Assembly: GCA_964387845.1 (NCBI GenBank)
Contig: CAYLXA010000001.1
Location: 128,001-192,000, forward strand
From: an uncultured bacterium
GTDB lineage: Bacteria > Omnitrophota > Omnitrophia > Omnitrophales > Abzuiibacteriaceae
Length of the DNA stretch: 64,000 nt
Direction: 5' to 3'
Under the pieces are notes generated by a model, which worked only from the letters and a program-made list of their open reading frames with translations, did no database searches and was not told the origin of the DNA. This document shows, in pieces, positions 55,870 to 64,000 of the stretch. Each line of letters starts with the position of its first letter. Position 1 is the stretch's first letter. The translations under genes and the position numbers were made by a program.

Positions 55870-58230
55870 TTAGATTTTTGATGAAGTTGTTTTACCCAAA
55901 ATCGCCGACAAAAACACTTCCGGCGTCATGGATTGATGATTAAAGGTGTTGACCTGAAAAACGGCTTTAACCTTTAATTTCTCGATTTCGGTATTCATTT
56001 TATCTTTAATTTGAGCCACTTCCTGCGCATCGGCTTCTACGATTGCGGCGAGCCCTTTGCCTTCGTCATAACGCAAAACCATCTCGGTCGTTTTGCGTAA
56101 AGCGCCTTTCATGATTTCGCTCATTTTGCTGACTTCCTGATCCGGCATGGCTTCACCGTTTTTCAATTCTGCATGATCGGGATGAACGCCGATCACGGAA
56201 AACGGCGTCAATTTTTTCTGGCTTTCCTTCAGGCGCTGCTTGACTTCCAATTCAAAGACAGAATCAATTGTATGATATGGAAGCGTAAAAGTAAATTTGG
56301 TTCCTTTGCTGAATTCACTTTCAATCCACATTTTTCCGCCATGCATTTCGACAAGCCCTTTCGAGATCGCGAGGCCCAGTCCGGTTCCTTTGGCACCGCC
56401 GCCCGCCGCGCGGCCGAATTGTTCAAATTTACCGAATACTTTGCTTAAATTTTCACGTGCGATCCCGGTCCCGGTATCCGCCACGCTGAATTCCATTTCC
56501 TGCCCTTTGTGAACGGTTGTGACAACGACCATGCCGCTTTCCGGCGTAAATTTAGCCGCATTGCCGATTAAATTGGTAATGATTTGGATCAATTTGTCGC
56601 GATCAACAAACACCTTGGGTAATTTTTTATCAAAACTGGAATGAAGCGATATTTTTTTGCTTTCAAAATGGCCGCGGTAGGTTTCTAAAACGTCTTCGAT
56701 CAAAGCTTTGACATCCACGAATGAACGATTGAGCACGATTTTTCCCGCTTCGATTTTCGAAATATCAAGCAGGTCGTTGATGATCCGCGCCAAACGGTCA
56801 ATATTGCTCTTCGCGGTCGTTAAGAATTTTCTTTGCTTTTCATTCACTTCACCGCTCACACCGTCCAAGACTAGCGAAACAAATTCCTTAATAATGGCCA
56901 GCGGTGTCCTGAGCTCGTGGCTGACGGTTGAAACGAATTCGTTTTTCATCTGATCAATTTCTTTTTCCTTTGTCATGTCGCGGAAAATTTCGATTGCACC
57001 GATGGTTTTTCCTTCGCTGACGACCGGCGAAATCGTGAGCGCCACCGGAAAACGGGGCTGATTTTGGGAAGCGTAATAAACAGAAGTCGATGTGCTGCGG
57101 CCCGTCGTTAAAACCGACTGCAGCGGATCTTTGCTTTTATCGATTTCTTTTCCTTTATCATCCTGAAGTTTCACGACTTCGTGCAGGAATTTTCCGGACA
57201 CACTTTTCAAAGATTCACCGAGCATCTCCTCGGCCTGCTTGTTCATCATCATGATTTTACCTTCACGGTCCGTTGCGATCATGCCTTCCCCGATGCTTTC
57301 GAGCAGCGCTTCGTCTTTGGCCTTGGCTTGCTCGATTTCCTCTACTTTGAGGACGAGTTCCCGCGTTTTCTCCCGGACTTTTTGTTCGAGGCCGCCGTAG
57401 GATTCTTTGAGCTTCACCGTCATTTGATTAAAAGCTTTTGCCAGTTCGCCGACTTCGTCGTTGGATTCAACCGGAATTTGATAGTTGAGGTTTCCTTTTC
57501 CGATCACTTCAGCGCCTTGCTGAAGCGCGCTAATCGGCCGCGAAATCGACTGCGAAATCAGAAAGCCAAGAATAATGGCAAGCAAAACCGCGAAAATACT
57601 GACCTGCGTGATAAAACGCGTAGAACCTTTCAATAATGTAAGCGTTTCCTGGACTACGCGATCCACATTGTTGGATGTAACAACGAGCGATTCGCCCAGC
57701 TTTTTGCCGCGCCGCTCGACATATTGTTCAAGCCCCGATTTATACTCCTGCTTAAGCCGCCAATAATCGGCGCTTTCAAGCATCCGGATTGCTTCTTCGC
57801 GCATCCCGCCATCCACCGCTGCGATGGCTTTGTATTCCAGATCGACAAATGACTGTTTTGCTTTTTGAACATCCAAGAAAGATTTTTTGTCCTCAACGTC
57901 GCCTTTATCGATACTTTCTTTGATCACATTGCCAAGCTGCGGCTCCATATCTTTGTAGCGGTATTTCCATTTGAGATCGCCCGTCATCGCGTAATTGCGC
58001 GCCGCCTCCGTCAGGACTTGGTCATAGTAACGAATTTGCTGAGCGAGGCTGTCGAGACGGGATGTGCGTTCGATTTCTTTGAGTCCCTTGGGAATATCTT
58101 CGGTGAGCGGGTCGTAGAGCTTTTTCATTTCTTTAAATGAAAAAAGGCTCACAATCCCCACCAGTGACGCGATCACAAGGAATCCGGCCATGAGCCGCGT
58201 CGCGATGTTTAAATTCCGAAACATTTGCAT
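55870..58230 (-). CDS. sensor histidine kinase (TM-periplasmic-TM, HAMP, PAS, HisKA, HATPase) with a C-terminal degenerate GGDEF-like extension
   Basis: H-box FVSTVSHELRTPL. PAS block IGEGMIATDREGKIMMMN. G-boxes present. Start placed at MQMFRNL (58230); the ORF extends to 58287. Confidence 0.8.
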   Translation of the reverse strand: MQMFRNLNIATRLMAGFLVIASLVGIVSLFSFKEMKKLYDPLTEDIPKGLKEIERTSRLDSLAQQIRYYDQVLTEAARNYAMTGDLKWKYRYKDMEPQLGNVIKESIDKGDVEDKKSFLDVQKAKQSFVDLEYKAIAAVDGGMREEAIRMLESADYWRLKQEYKSGLEQYVERRGKKLGESLVVTSNNVDRVVQETLTLLKGSTRFITQVSIFAVLLAIILGFLISQSISRPISALQQGAEVIGKGNLNYQIPVESNDEVGELAKAFNQMTVKLKESYGGLEQKVREKTRELVLKVEEIEQAKAKDEALLESIGEGMIATDREGKIMMMNKQAEEMLGESLKSVSGKFLHEVVKLQDDKGKEIDKSKDPLQSVLTTGRSTSTSVYYASQNQPRFPVALTISPVVSEGKTIGAIEIFRDMTKEKEIDQMKNEFVSTVSHELRTPLAIIKEFVSLVLDGVSGEVNEKQRKFLTTAKSNIDRLARIINDLLDISKIEAGKIVLNRSFVDVKALIEDVLETYRGHFESKKISLHSSFDKKLPKVFVDRDKLIQIITNLIGNAAKFTPESGMVVVTTVHKGQEMEFSVADTGTGIARENLSKVFGKFEQFGRAAGGGAKGTGLGLAISKGLVEMHGGKMWIESEFSKGTKFTFTLPYHTIDSVFELEVKQRLKESQKKLTPFSVIGVHPDHAELKNGEAMPDQEVSKMSEIMKGALRKTTEMVLRYDEGKGLAAIVEADAQEVAQIKDKMNTEIEKLKVKAVFQVNTFNHQSMTPEVFLSAILGKTTSSKI

Positions 58231-58350
58231 AAAAGCCCCTGTGCTAGGTTGGAAAGGCGCACAATTACAGTTAATCTTTATCGGCAAATATGCGGCGAAG
58301 CTTTGAAGGCGTTTTAGGGGGATGCCGCCTCAAAGGCGAAATCCGGACCC

Positions 58351-58749
58351 TTAACTGCCTACTTTAAAGTTTACCTTAGAAAGCGCTTCTTGCAACTGGG
58401 CCTGGAATTTGGCCGGGTCAAGAGGTTTGGTAAGATAGGCAAAACCGCCTGCGTTTTTGGCGTGAAATTCGGTCTGGATGTCCGCAGCAGCGGTCAAAAA
58501 GATGACCGGAATGTGAGATGTCTTGGGGTCATTCTTCAGAATTTCGCAAATATCGATTCCGCTAAGGCCTGGAAGATTAACGTCGAGGATGGCCAAATCC
58601 AACTTTTCGGTTTCGATTTTCTCAAGAGCTTCTTTGGCGGTCGCAGCCTTCACAACCTCAAAATTCATAAGCTCAAGACGGATTTCAAGCGCTGTCAGCA
58701 AATCCGGCTCGTCATCAACAATAAGAATTCTTTTTTTAGCGTTGGGCAT
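58351..58749 (-). CDS. single-domain CheY-like response regulator
   Basis: RILIVDDEPDLL...D...T...K receiver pattern. 132 aa. Confidence 0.8.
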   Translation of the reverse strand: MPNAKKRILIVDDEPDLLTALEIRLELMNFEVVKAATAKEALEKIETEKLDLAILDVNLPGLSGIDICEILKNDPKTSHIPVIFLTAAADIQTEFHAKNAGGFAYLTKPLDPAKFQAQLQEALSKVNFKVGS

Positions 58750-58820
58750 ATTGATAACAACTCTATTTGATACAAATACTTAGAAGTCTGCGGGCCGCCG
58801 CCAAAGGTGGCGAGCCTCGC

Positions 58821-58845
58821 CAATTTTTGCAGAGCAAAAATTGGC
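58821..58845 (-). terminator. 10-bp hairpin CCAATTTTTG-cagag-CAAAAATTGG at/after the tRNA-Asp 3' end
   Basis: Perfect inverted repeat that partly includes the CCA end. A second short GC hairpin (ggcgagcctcgcc) follows. Confidence 0.45.
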
Positions 58846-58918
58846 GGGAGCGACGGGACTTGAACCCGCAACCCTCAGATCGACAATCTGATGCTCTAAC
58901 CAATTGAGCTACGCCCCC
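58842..58918 (-). tRNA. tRNA-Asp (anticodon GTC), CCA encoded
   Basis: The reverse complement folds as a cloverleaf: acceptor GGGGGCG/CGCTCCC with a G-U pair, anticodon loop TTGTCGA, T-arm GCGGG-TTCAAGT-CCCGT, discriminator G, then CCA. Confidence 0.85.
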
Positions 58919-58994
58919 AAAGCTGTAAAAAGAGGTAAGAAGACGAGTATCTTAATAATTTAAGATGGTTTTTGTCAATTAAAAACCCTAGCGC

Positions 58995-59852
58995 TTAGCC
59001 GGCCAGTTTTCGGAACACTTGTGGTAAATATTGAATGATGTCTGAAGCAATCAGTGATATTTGACCTTGTTTTTTTACGGCAAAATCGCCGGCAAGGCCG
59101 TGAACATACACACCTGCGCAAGCAGCATCAAAGGGTTTCAGTTTTTGGCCCAAAAGCGCTGCGATGACGCCGGTCAAAACATCGCCTGATCCGCCCGTTG
59201 CCATGCCGGCATTCCCGGTTGAATTTACAAATGCTCTGCCGCTTTGATCCGCCACGACTGTCTGATTGCCTTTTAGAACCAGCGTCAGCCGGTATTGTTG
59301 AGAGATTTTTTTTGCAATCAGAATTCTCCCTTTTAAATCACCGGGCACCGATACTTTGAAAAGCCGGTGGAATTCACCCGGGTGCGGCGTTGCAATCAAA
59401 GGCGCTTTTAACTTCCGGAACCGAGCAGCTTTCCCTACAAAAGCATTCAACCCATCAGCATCCAGCACAACCGGAATTTTGGATGCTAAAACCGCGCGGC
59501 GGATCAATTTCTGAGTTTCCGGATTTTGTGACAGTCCGGGGCCGACGGCAAAAACATTTTGGTTCTTGAGAAACGTTTTGATTTTTGAGAAAGCGCGAGC
59601 GCTGAGCGTTCCCGATTTTGTTTCAGGAAGCGGCAGGAACATCGCTTCGGTTAAACGCTTTGCCATCACAAGTGATAAACCTTCCGGGACTCCGACCGTC
59701 ACAAGGCCTGCGCCCGAACGAAGCGCAGCCGTGCCGGCCAACACCGCAGCGCCGCTCATGCCAACAGAGCCTGCGAGAATCAAAATGCGTCCAAAATCGC
59801 CTTTGTGGCTTTTTGGGTTCCGGGGTGGAAGTAAATGGCGGATATTTTTCAT
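58995..59852 (-). CDS. nnrD: ADP-dependent NAD(P)H-hydrate dehydratase (YjeF C-terminal domain family)
   Basis: GDFGRILILAGSVGMSGAAVLAG and GSGDVLTGVIAALL motifs. 285 aa. Confidence 0.8.
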   Translation of the reverse strand: MKNIRHLLPPRNPKSHKGDFGRILILAGSVGMSGAAVLAGTAALRSGAGLVTVGVPEGLSLVMAKRLTEAMFLPLPETKSGTLSARAFSKIKTFLKNQNVFAVGPGLSQNPETQKLIRRAVLASKIPVVLDADGLNAFVGKAARFRKLKAPLIATPHPGEFHRLFKVSVPGDLKGRILIAKKISQQYRLTLVLKGNQTVVADQSGRAFVNSTGNAGMATGGSGDVLTGVIAALLGQKLKPFDAACAGVYVHGLAGDFAVKKQGQISLIASDIIQYLPQVFRKLAG

Positions 59853-60565
59853 ACTTTTCGGATCAATCGAACTATTTCAGAAGTTGCGCTTCTGATGCCG
59901 GTAAAAATCGAGCGGGCGATAATCGCATGACCGATGTTGAGCTCCTCCATAAACGGAAGCCGGGCAACCGGCATCACATTTTCATAATTGAGGCCGTGGC
60001 CTGCGTTAACGCCTAAACCAAGTGCGTGCGCAAAAATGGCAGCGCGCCGGAGCCGTTTGAGCTCTGCAGCCCTCTTTTTTCCGGAAACCCGGGCATAAGT
60101 TCCCGTATGAAGCTCGATGTAATCGGCATTCACTTTCCGCGCAGCCTGGATTTGCCGAAAATCCGGATCGATAAAAAGACTCACGCAAATTCCGGCACGT
60201 TTCAATTTTTTAACGGCTGAACTGACTTTCTTAACAGATCCAAGCACATCCAGCCCGCCTTCGGTCGTCAATTCCAAACGACGCTCCGGAACTAAGCAAG
60301 CTTTTTGAGGTTTGGTTTTGACGGCAAACCGGACAATTTCGGCAGATACGGACATTTCCAGATTGAGCGGGACTTTGATTGACTTGAGCAGCCGGGTAAC
60401 ATCGGCATCCTGAATATGGCGGCGGTCTTCGCGCAGGTGAACCGTAATGCCCGATGCACCGCCGCGAATTCCTTCCTGCGCTGCCTTTAAGATATCGGGA
60501 ACAATATCGCGCCGGGCTTGGCGGACCGTTGCGACATGGTCAATATTAAGACCTAGCTTAATCAA
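59849..60565 (-). CDS. pdxJ: pyridoxine 5'-phosphate synthase
   Basis: LGLNIDHVATVRQAR...HLREDRRHI, the canonical PdxJ sequence. TTG start with GAGG 9 nt upstream. Confidence 0.85.
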   Translation of the reverse strand: MIKLGLNIDHVATVRQARRDIVPDILKAAQEGIRGGASGITVHLREDRRHIQDADVTRLLKSIKVPLNLEMSVSAEIVRFAVKTKPQKACLVPERRLELTTEGGLDVLGSVKKVSSAVKKLKRAGICVSLFIDPDFRQIQAARKVNADYIELHTGTYARVSGKKRAAELKRLRRAAIFAHALGLGVNAGHGLNYENVMPVARLPFMEELNIGHAIIARSIFTGIRSATSEIVRLIRKV

Positions 60566-60580
60566 TGCATTGCCTCAGTG

Positions 60581-60650
60581 TTAAGGGATAAGTGGTAAGT
60601 GGTAAGTTATTTTGAATATCTTAACACTTATCACTTACAACTTACCCCTT
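60581..60650. repeat. heptamer-built palindromic element, copy B
   Basis: ttaagggaTAAGTGGTAAGTGGTAAGtt-attttgaatatcttaa-CACTTATCACTTACAACTTACC. It lies between the cdaR stop and the pdxJ RBS. Confidence 0.6.
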
Positions 60651-60657
60651 CACAAAA

Positions 60658-61620
60658 TTATGATTTTATGCGATCGACATGAAGTTTCACGATCGGCGGA
60701 TCGCCCTTTACCGAAATCGTTTCGGGAAGAATCAATGTGGCAGGAATATCGTAAGATCCGCGCTTAAGGCCGCTCACATCTGCATAAATCAAAACACCTT
60801 CTTTAATCAGCCGGTCCAATTCGCTTTTCGGGCCCTTTAATGTAAAAGAAATGACCGGTGTATCCAACACGACCACATTGCCGTTATCGGGCAAGCCGAG
60901 CGGCTTCACAATGATATCGTTAAATTGAAGTTCCGAAAATTCTTCGCGGATCGGAACAAAGACATCGATCACGGATTCGGATGTAACGCGAAACGTAGGT
61001 TCCAGCATGAGCCGCGCAATCATCCGGAATGACCGGGTGCGGCCGATTAAGCCAATCGGCTCGGTTTGAATAAATTCGATTTTTTCAAGCCGGCTCTTTG
61101 GCCCTTCCACCAAAACTGCATTCGGATCAACTTCAACTTTTTCAGTCAAAATTTTATAGCCGTAGGCTGGCTCTCCGACAAAATTCGCCTGGACAGGTAA
61201 TTTTTTCACAATATCTTCGTCGATTTCAACGCTCACAATTTCAGGCAGAATGCTGGTAACCGCAATCCCGGATGAAGGCAGTTTGATATCGGTCGGCAAC
61301 ACACGGAAGGAATATTCTCCCGCGCGGTCAAGATTTTCGATTTTGTGTGATGCCGTAACATCGCCCGCCGAAAGAAGAGACAGCGAGCCGCGCGGCGCAC
61401 GCAAGCGCACATAAAGCGACTCTGCGGAACGTTTAGAAATGCTCAATTTTTTGCCGGCACCCTGAATATCGACTCTCAAAGGAACCGCGCGCGTCACCTC
61501 CACCATTTCTTCGTTGATTGCGTAACCCCAAAAACCGATCGCCAAAATAAGCGAGACCAGCTTGAGGCCCCAATGCTCCGTAAACCAATCGCGAATAGTA
61601 ATGAGCCAATTCCGAATCAT
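60658..61620 (-). CDS. cdaR: YbbR-domain regulator of diadenylate cyclase (CdaR-like)
   Basis: N-terminal TM helix plus repeated YbbR-like beta domains. Lies directly downstream of cdaA. Confidence 0.65.
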   Translation of the reverse strand: MIRNWLITIRDWFTEHWGLKLVSLILAIGFWGYAINEEMVEVTRAVPLRVDIQGAGKKLSISKRSAESLYVRLRAPRGSLSLLSAGDVTASHKIENLDRAGEYSFRVLPTDIKLPSSGIAVTSILPEIVSVEIDEDIVKKLPVQANFVGEPAYGYKILTEKVEVDPNAVLVEGPKSRLEKIEFIQTEPIGLIGRTRSFRMIARLMLEPTFRVTSESVIDVFVPIREEFSELQFNDIIVKPLGLPDNGNVVVLDTPVISFTLKGPKSELDRLIKEGVLIYADVSGLKRGSYDIPATLILPETISVKGDPPIVKLHVDRIKS

Positions 61621-61629
61621 ATCATCCCT

Positions 61630-62454
61630 TTATATTTCACCGCGAGAACGCTCGGCCTTGGGCACGAGACGGACTTTATTCTGCAGAAATTCCAAAAATT
61701 TATTCCGGTTTTCATCCGGCCGGAAAAGGCTCTTCAAAACGCGCCTTAGGCCGTCTTCATCCAAATCGCCGGTCAGCTTTCCGTAAACCGATACGGAAAC
61801 CGAACCCGTTTCTTCCGATACCACAATGCAAACTGTGTCCGTTTCTTCCGTAATGCCGATGGCGGCGCGATGACGCGTTCCGAGCGTCCGTGCCAGCGTT
61901 AAATTTTGTGACAGCGGAAATAAAGCGCCCGATCCTGCGATACGGTCGCCTTGAATAATCACGGCACCGTCGTGGATCGGCGCGTTCGGCGCGAAAATCG
62001 TGATCAAAAGTTCAGCGCTCACTTTGGCATCAAGCGGAATTCCGGATTCCAAATACTGTTGAAGGCTCATTTCCCTTTCAATGGCAATCAGCGCGCCTCG
62101 GCGGATCTTGGACATGCGCATGCAAGCTTCCACAATTTCATCCACCGTTCCGCCTTTTTTCAAGAACGGGCTGAAAAACGTATTTTGGCCGACACGCGCC
62201 AGCGCGCGCCGAAGTTCAGGCTGGAACAAAATGATAAGCGAGATAAAACCGACAGCGGCTAATTTGTTGAGAAACCAATTGATCGTATTGAGTTCAAGCC
62301 ACTTCGATAAATTAAATACGATCGCAAAAAACGCGAGGCCGATTAAAACCTGAAGCGCACGGGTGCCCTGAAAAATCCGGATTGCGAAATAAATAAAAAA
62401 CCAGATGAAACCGATTTCAAGAATGGGCCGCCAAAGATTCAAAATGTATTCCAT
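61630..62454 (-). CDS. cdaA: membrane-anchored diadenylate cyclase (c-di-AMP synthase, DisA_N/DAC domain)
   Basis: Three N-terminal TM helices. DAC block DGAVIIQGDRIAGSGALFPLS...LGTRHRAAIGITEETDTVCIVVSEETGSVS. Confidence 0.85.
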   Translation of the reverse strand: MEYILNLWRPILEIGFIWFFIYFAIRIFQGTRALQVLIGLAFFAIVFNLSKWLELNTINWFLNKLAAVGFISLIILFQPELRRALARVGQNTFFSPFLKKGGTVDEIVEACMRMSKIRRGALIAIEREMSLQQYLESGIPLDAKVSAELLITIFAPNAPIHDGAVIIQGDRIAGSGALFPLSQNLTLARTLGTRHRAAIGITEETDTVCIVVSEETGSVSVSVYGKLTGDLDEDGLRRVLKSLFRPDENRNKFLEFLQNKVRLVPKAERSRGEI

Positions 62455-62670
62455 TTATTTTTTCCCGAAAATTGAAAACAACAGCGTCAAAATCAAACTG
62501 ATCAAAATAGATGTCGTGATCGGAAAATAAAGCGTAAAATTTTCTTTTTTCACCAAAATATCGCCCGGCAAGCGCCCGATGCCCGGAATTTTTTGAAGCA
62601 CCGGCAATAAAAGCCCGATCGCAATCAAAACAGCCCCGAAAACAATGAGCAGCTTTGAAACCGAACTCAT
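62455..62670 (-). CDS. small membrane protein (DUF2905-like)
   Basis: Start placed at MSSVSKLL (62670), where GAGGAG sits 9 nt upstream. Two TM helices. C-terminal PGDILVKKENFTLYFP motif. Confidence 0.55.
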   Translation of the reverse strand: MSSVSKLLIVFGAVLIAIGLLLPVLQKIPGIGRLPGDILVKKENFTLYFPITTSILISLILTLLFSIFGKK

Positions 62671-62671
62671 G

Positions 62672-63724
62672 CTACCAAAGCTCCTCTTGACGCTTGCTGG
62701 GCGGTTTACCGAGATGTTCATATGCCAGCTTCGTCAGCACGCGGCCGGATGACGTCCGCTTAATCAACCCTTTTTGGATCAGATAAGGCTCATAAATTTC
62801 TTCGAGCGTTTCGGCTTCTTCGCCGATCGCGATTGCCAAATTGTTGATTCCGACCGGGCCGCCGTCAAATTCGTTTAAAAGCAGCGTCAAGATCCGCTTA
62901 TCCATCTGGTCAAGCCCCGCTTCATCCACTTCGAGCATGCGGAGCGATTCATTGGCCACTTTTTGCGTGATAACGCCGTCGGCGCGCACCTGGGCAAAAT
63001 CGCGGACGCGTTTGAGGAGCCGGTTTCCGATCCGCGGCGTTGAACGCGAGCGGCGCGCAATTTCCGATGCGCCGGCTTCATCAATTTCAATATTGAGAAG
63101 CTTGGCGGAACGTTTCACGATGGTTGTCATTTCTTCGACAGAATAAAAATTGATGCGTTCGACGATTCCGAAACGCGAACGGAGCGGCGATGTCAGAAGC
63201 CCGCTTCTCGTCGTTGCGCCGATTAATGTGAAGCGCGGAATGTTAACGCGCACGGAGCGTGCGTTGGGGCCTTTGTCGATCATGATGTCGAGATAATACT
63301 CTTCCATCGCCGGATACAAATACTCCTCCACGACGTGTGATGTGCGGTGAATTTCATCAATAAAAAGAACATCGTTTTCCTGCAGATTGGTCAGAATGCC
63401 GGCCAAGTCGCCGGGCCGTTCCAAAACCGGACCCGATGTTGTCCGGATGTTAGCGCCCATTTCACGCGCGATAATGTTAGCAAGCGTTGTTTTTCCAAGC
63501 CCTGGGGGCCCGAAAAGCAGGATATGATCCAAAGGCTCTTTCCGCTGAACCGCCGCCTGAATGTAAACGGACAGGTTTTCCTTTAACTTCTCCTGCCCGA
63601 TAAATTCCGAGAGCAGTGTCGGCCTAAGCGCCGAATCGAATTCCGTATCTTCAACACGCAGCGCGGATGATATCAAACGCGCTTCTTCATTTTCCGATTC
63701 CGAATTGATTTCGCTCATGGTCAC
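62672..63724 (-). CDS. ruvB: Holliday junction branch-migration ATPase RuvB
   Basis: [11 protein letters not shown] Walker A, DEIHR, and the RuvB C-terminal winged helix. 350 aa. Confidence 0.95.
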   Translation of the reverse strand: MTMSEINSESENEEARLISSALRVEDTEFDSALRPTLLSEFIGQEKLKENLSVYIQAAVQRKEPLDHILLFGPPGLGKTTLANIIAREMGANIRTTSGPVLERPGDLAGILTNLQENDVLFIDEIHRTSHVVEEYLYPAMEEYYLDIMIDKGPNARSVRVNIPRFTLIGATTRSGLLTSPLRSRFGIVERINFYSVEEMTTIVKRSAKLLNIEIDEAGASEIARRSRSTPRIGNRLLKRVRDFAQVRADGVITQKVANESLRMLEVDEAGLDQMDKRILTLLLNEFDGGPVGINNLAIAIGEEAETLEEIYEPYLIQKGLIKRTSSGRVLTKLAYEHLGKPPSKRQEELW

Positions 63725-64000
63725 ACGTATTTAAGAGACTGCCGGATTAATTCTTCGACTTTCATTTTCTCATGATTGGGATGCGCAGAAAGCACTTTTT
63801 GAACCGCGATTTTGGCATTTTGTTTTCCGTAACCAAGCGAGACAAGCGCTTTAACCGAATCTTCCATCAATGTACTGCGGTGCCCTGCATGTTTATGGGT
63901 ATCCGCGCGGCGTTCATCCAGAATCACTTTTTCACGCAGCTCCACGATAAGTCTTTCCGCGATCTTCCGGCCGATACCGGAAATCGACGTTAAAACCGGC
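63721..64000 (-). CDS. ruvA: Holliday junction DNA helicase RuvA; only the C-terminal part is in the window
   Basis: The frame is open to the window end. The C-terminal domain ...[19 protein letters not shown] is RuvA domain III. There is a 4-nt overlap with the ruvB start. Confidence 0.8.
   Translation of the reverse strand, partial: PVLTSISGIGRKIAERLIVELREKVILDERRADTHKHAGHRSTLMEDSVKALVSLGYGKQNAKIAVQKVLSAHPNHEKMKVEELIRQSLKYV

Noticed and set aside
63721-63945. 74-aa ORF listed as a complete small gene.
   Set aside because: It is the C-terminal domain of RuvA. The reading frame stays open to the window end, so it is called as a partial ruvA rather than a small protein.

Overview
This is a 64-kb window of about 47% GC with roughly 50 genes, almost all on the minus strand. 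Gene content (nrfHA, korAB plus ferredoxin, aspartase, D-LDH, HME-RND metal efflux, cdaA/cdaR, ruvAB) suggests an anaerobic and probably uncultivated bacterium. It carries three unusually large surface or secreted proteins.

Blocks from left to right:
- A partial giant secreted protein (1..3817, minus strand) that continues beyond the window start.
- fdx, aspA and korBA.
- A Cu/Ag-type RND efflux operon with two small Cys-rich accessory proteins.
- A 1920-aa protein with DNRLRE, PKD and InlB-B-repeat domains.
- An SDR oxidoreductase and ldhA, followed by nrfHA.
- tRNA-Pro(GGG), followed by an EEP-family nuclease gene.
- rluE, rfbC, rfbA, mscS and an HTH-purU fusion.
- A 3117-aa membrane/secreted giant protein.
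- A permease, followed by a 12-gene pseudopilus locus. It contains fused PilM-N and fused PilO-P, five prepilin-type proteins, a PilX-like protein, GspF and GspE. It is wired to a PAS histidine kinase and three CheY-like regulators. No secretin or prepilin peptidase gene is in the window.
- tRNA-Asp(GTC), followed by nnr, pdxJ, cdaR, cdaA, a DUF2905 gene, ruvB and partial ruvA.

Most interesting observations:
1. The pentapeptide RSELR recurs 11 times across two giant proteins and nowhere else in the window.
2. The pseudopilus locus has no secretin gene in this window, is coupled to a two-component system and lies next to the 3117-aa protein.
3. There are small repeat families: heptamer-built palindromes, a duplicated tRNA-Pro 3' end and a 32-nt block flanking the EEP gene.
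4. Several structured or palindromic intergenic regions are candidate regulatory elements.
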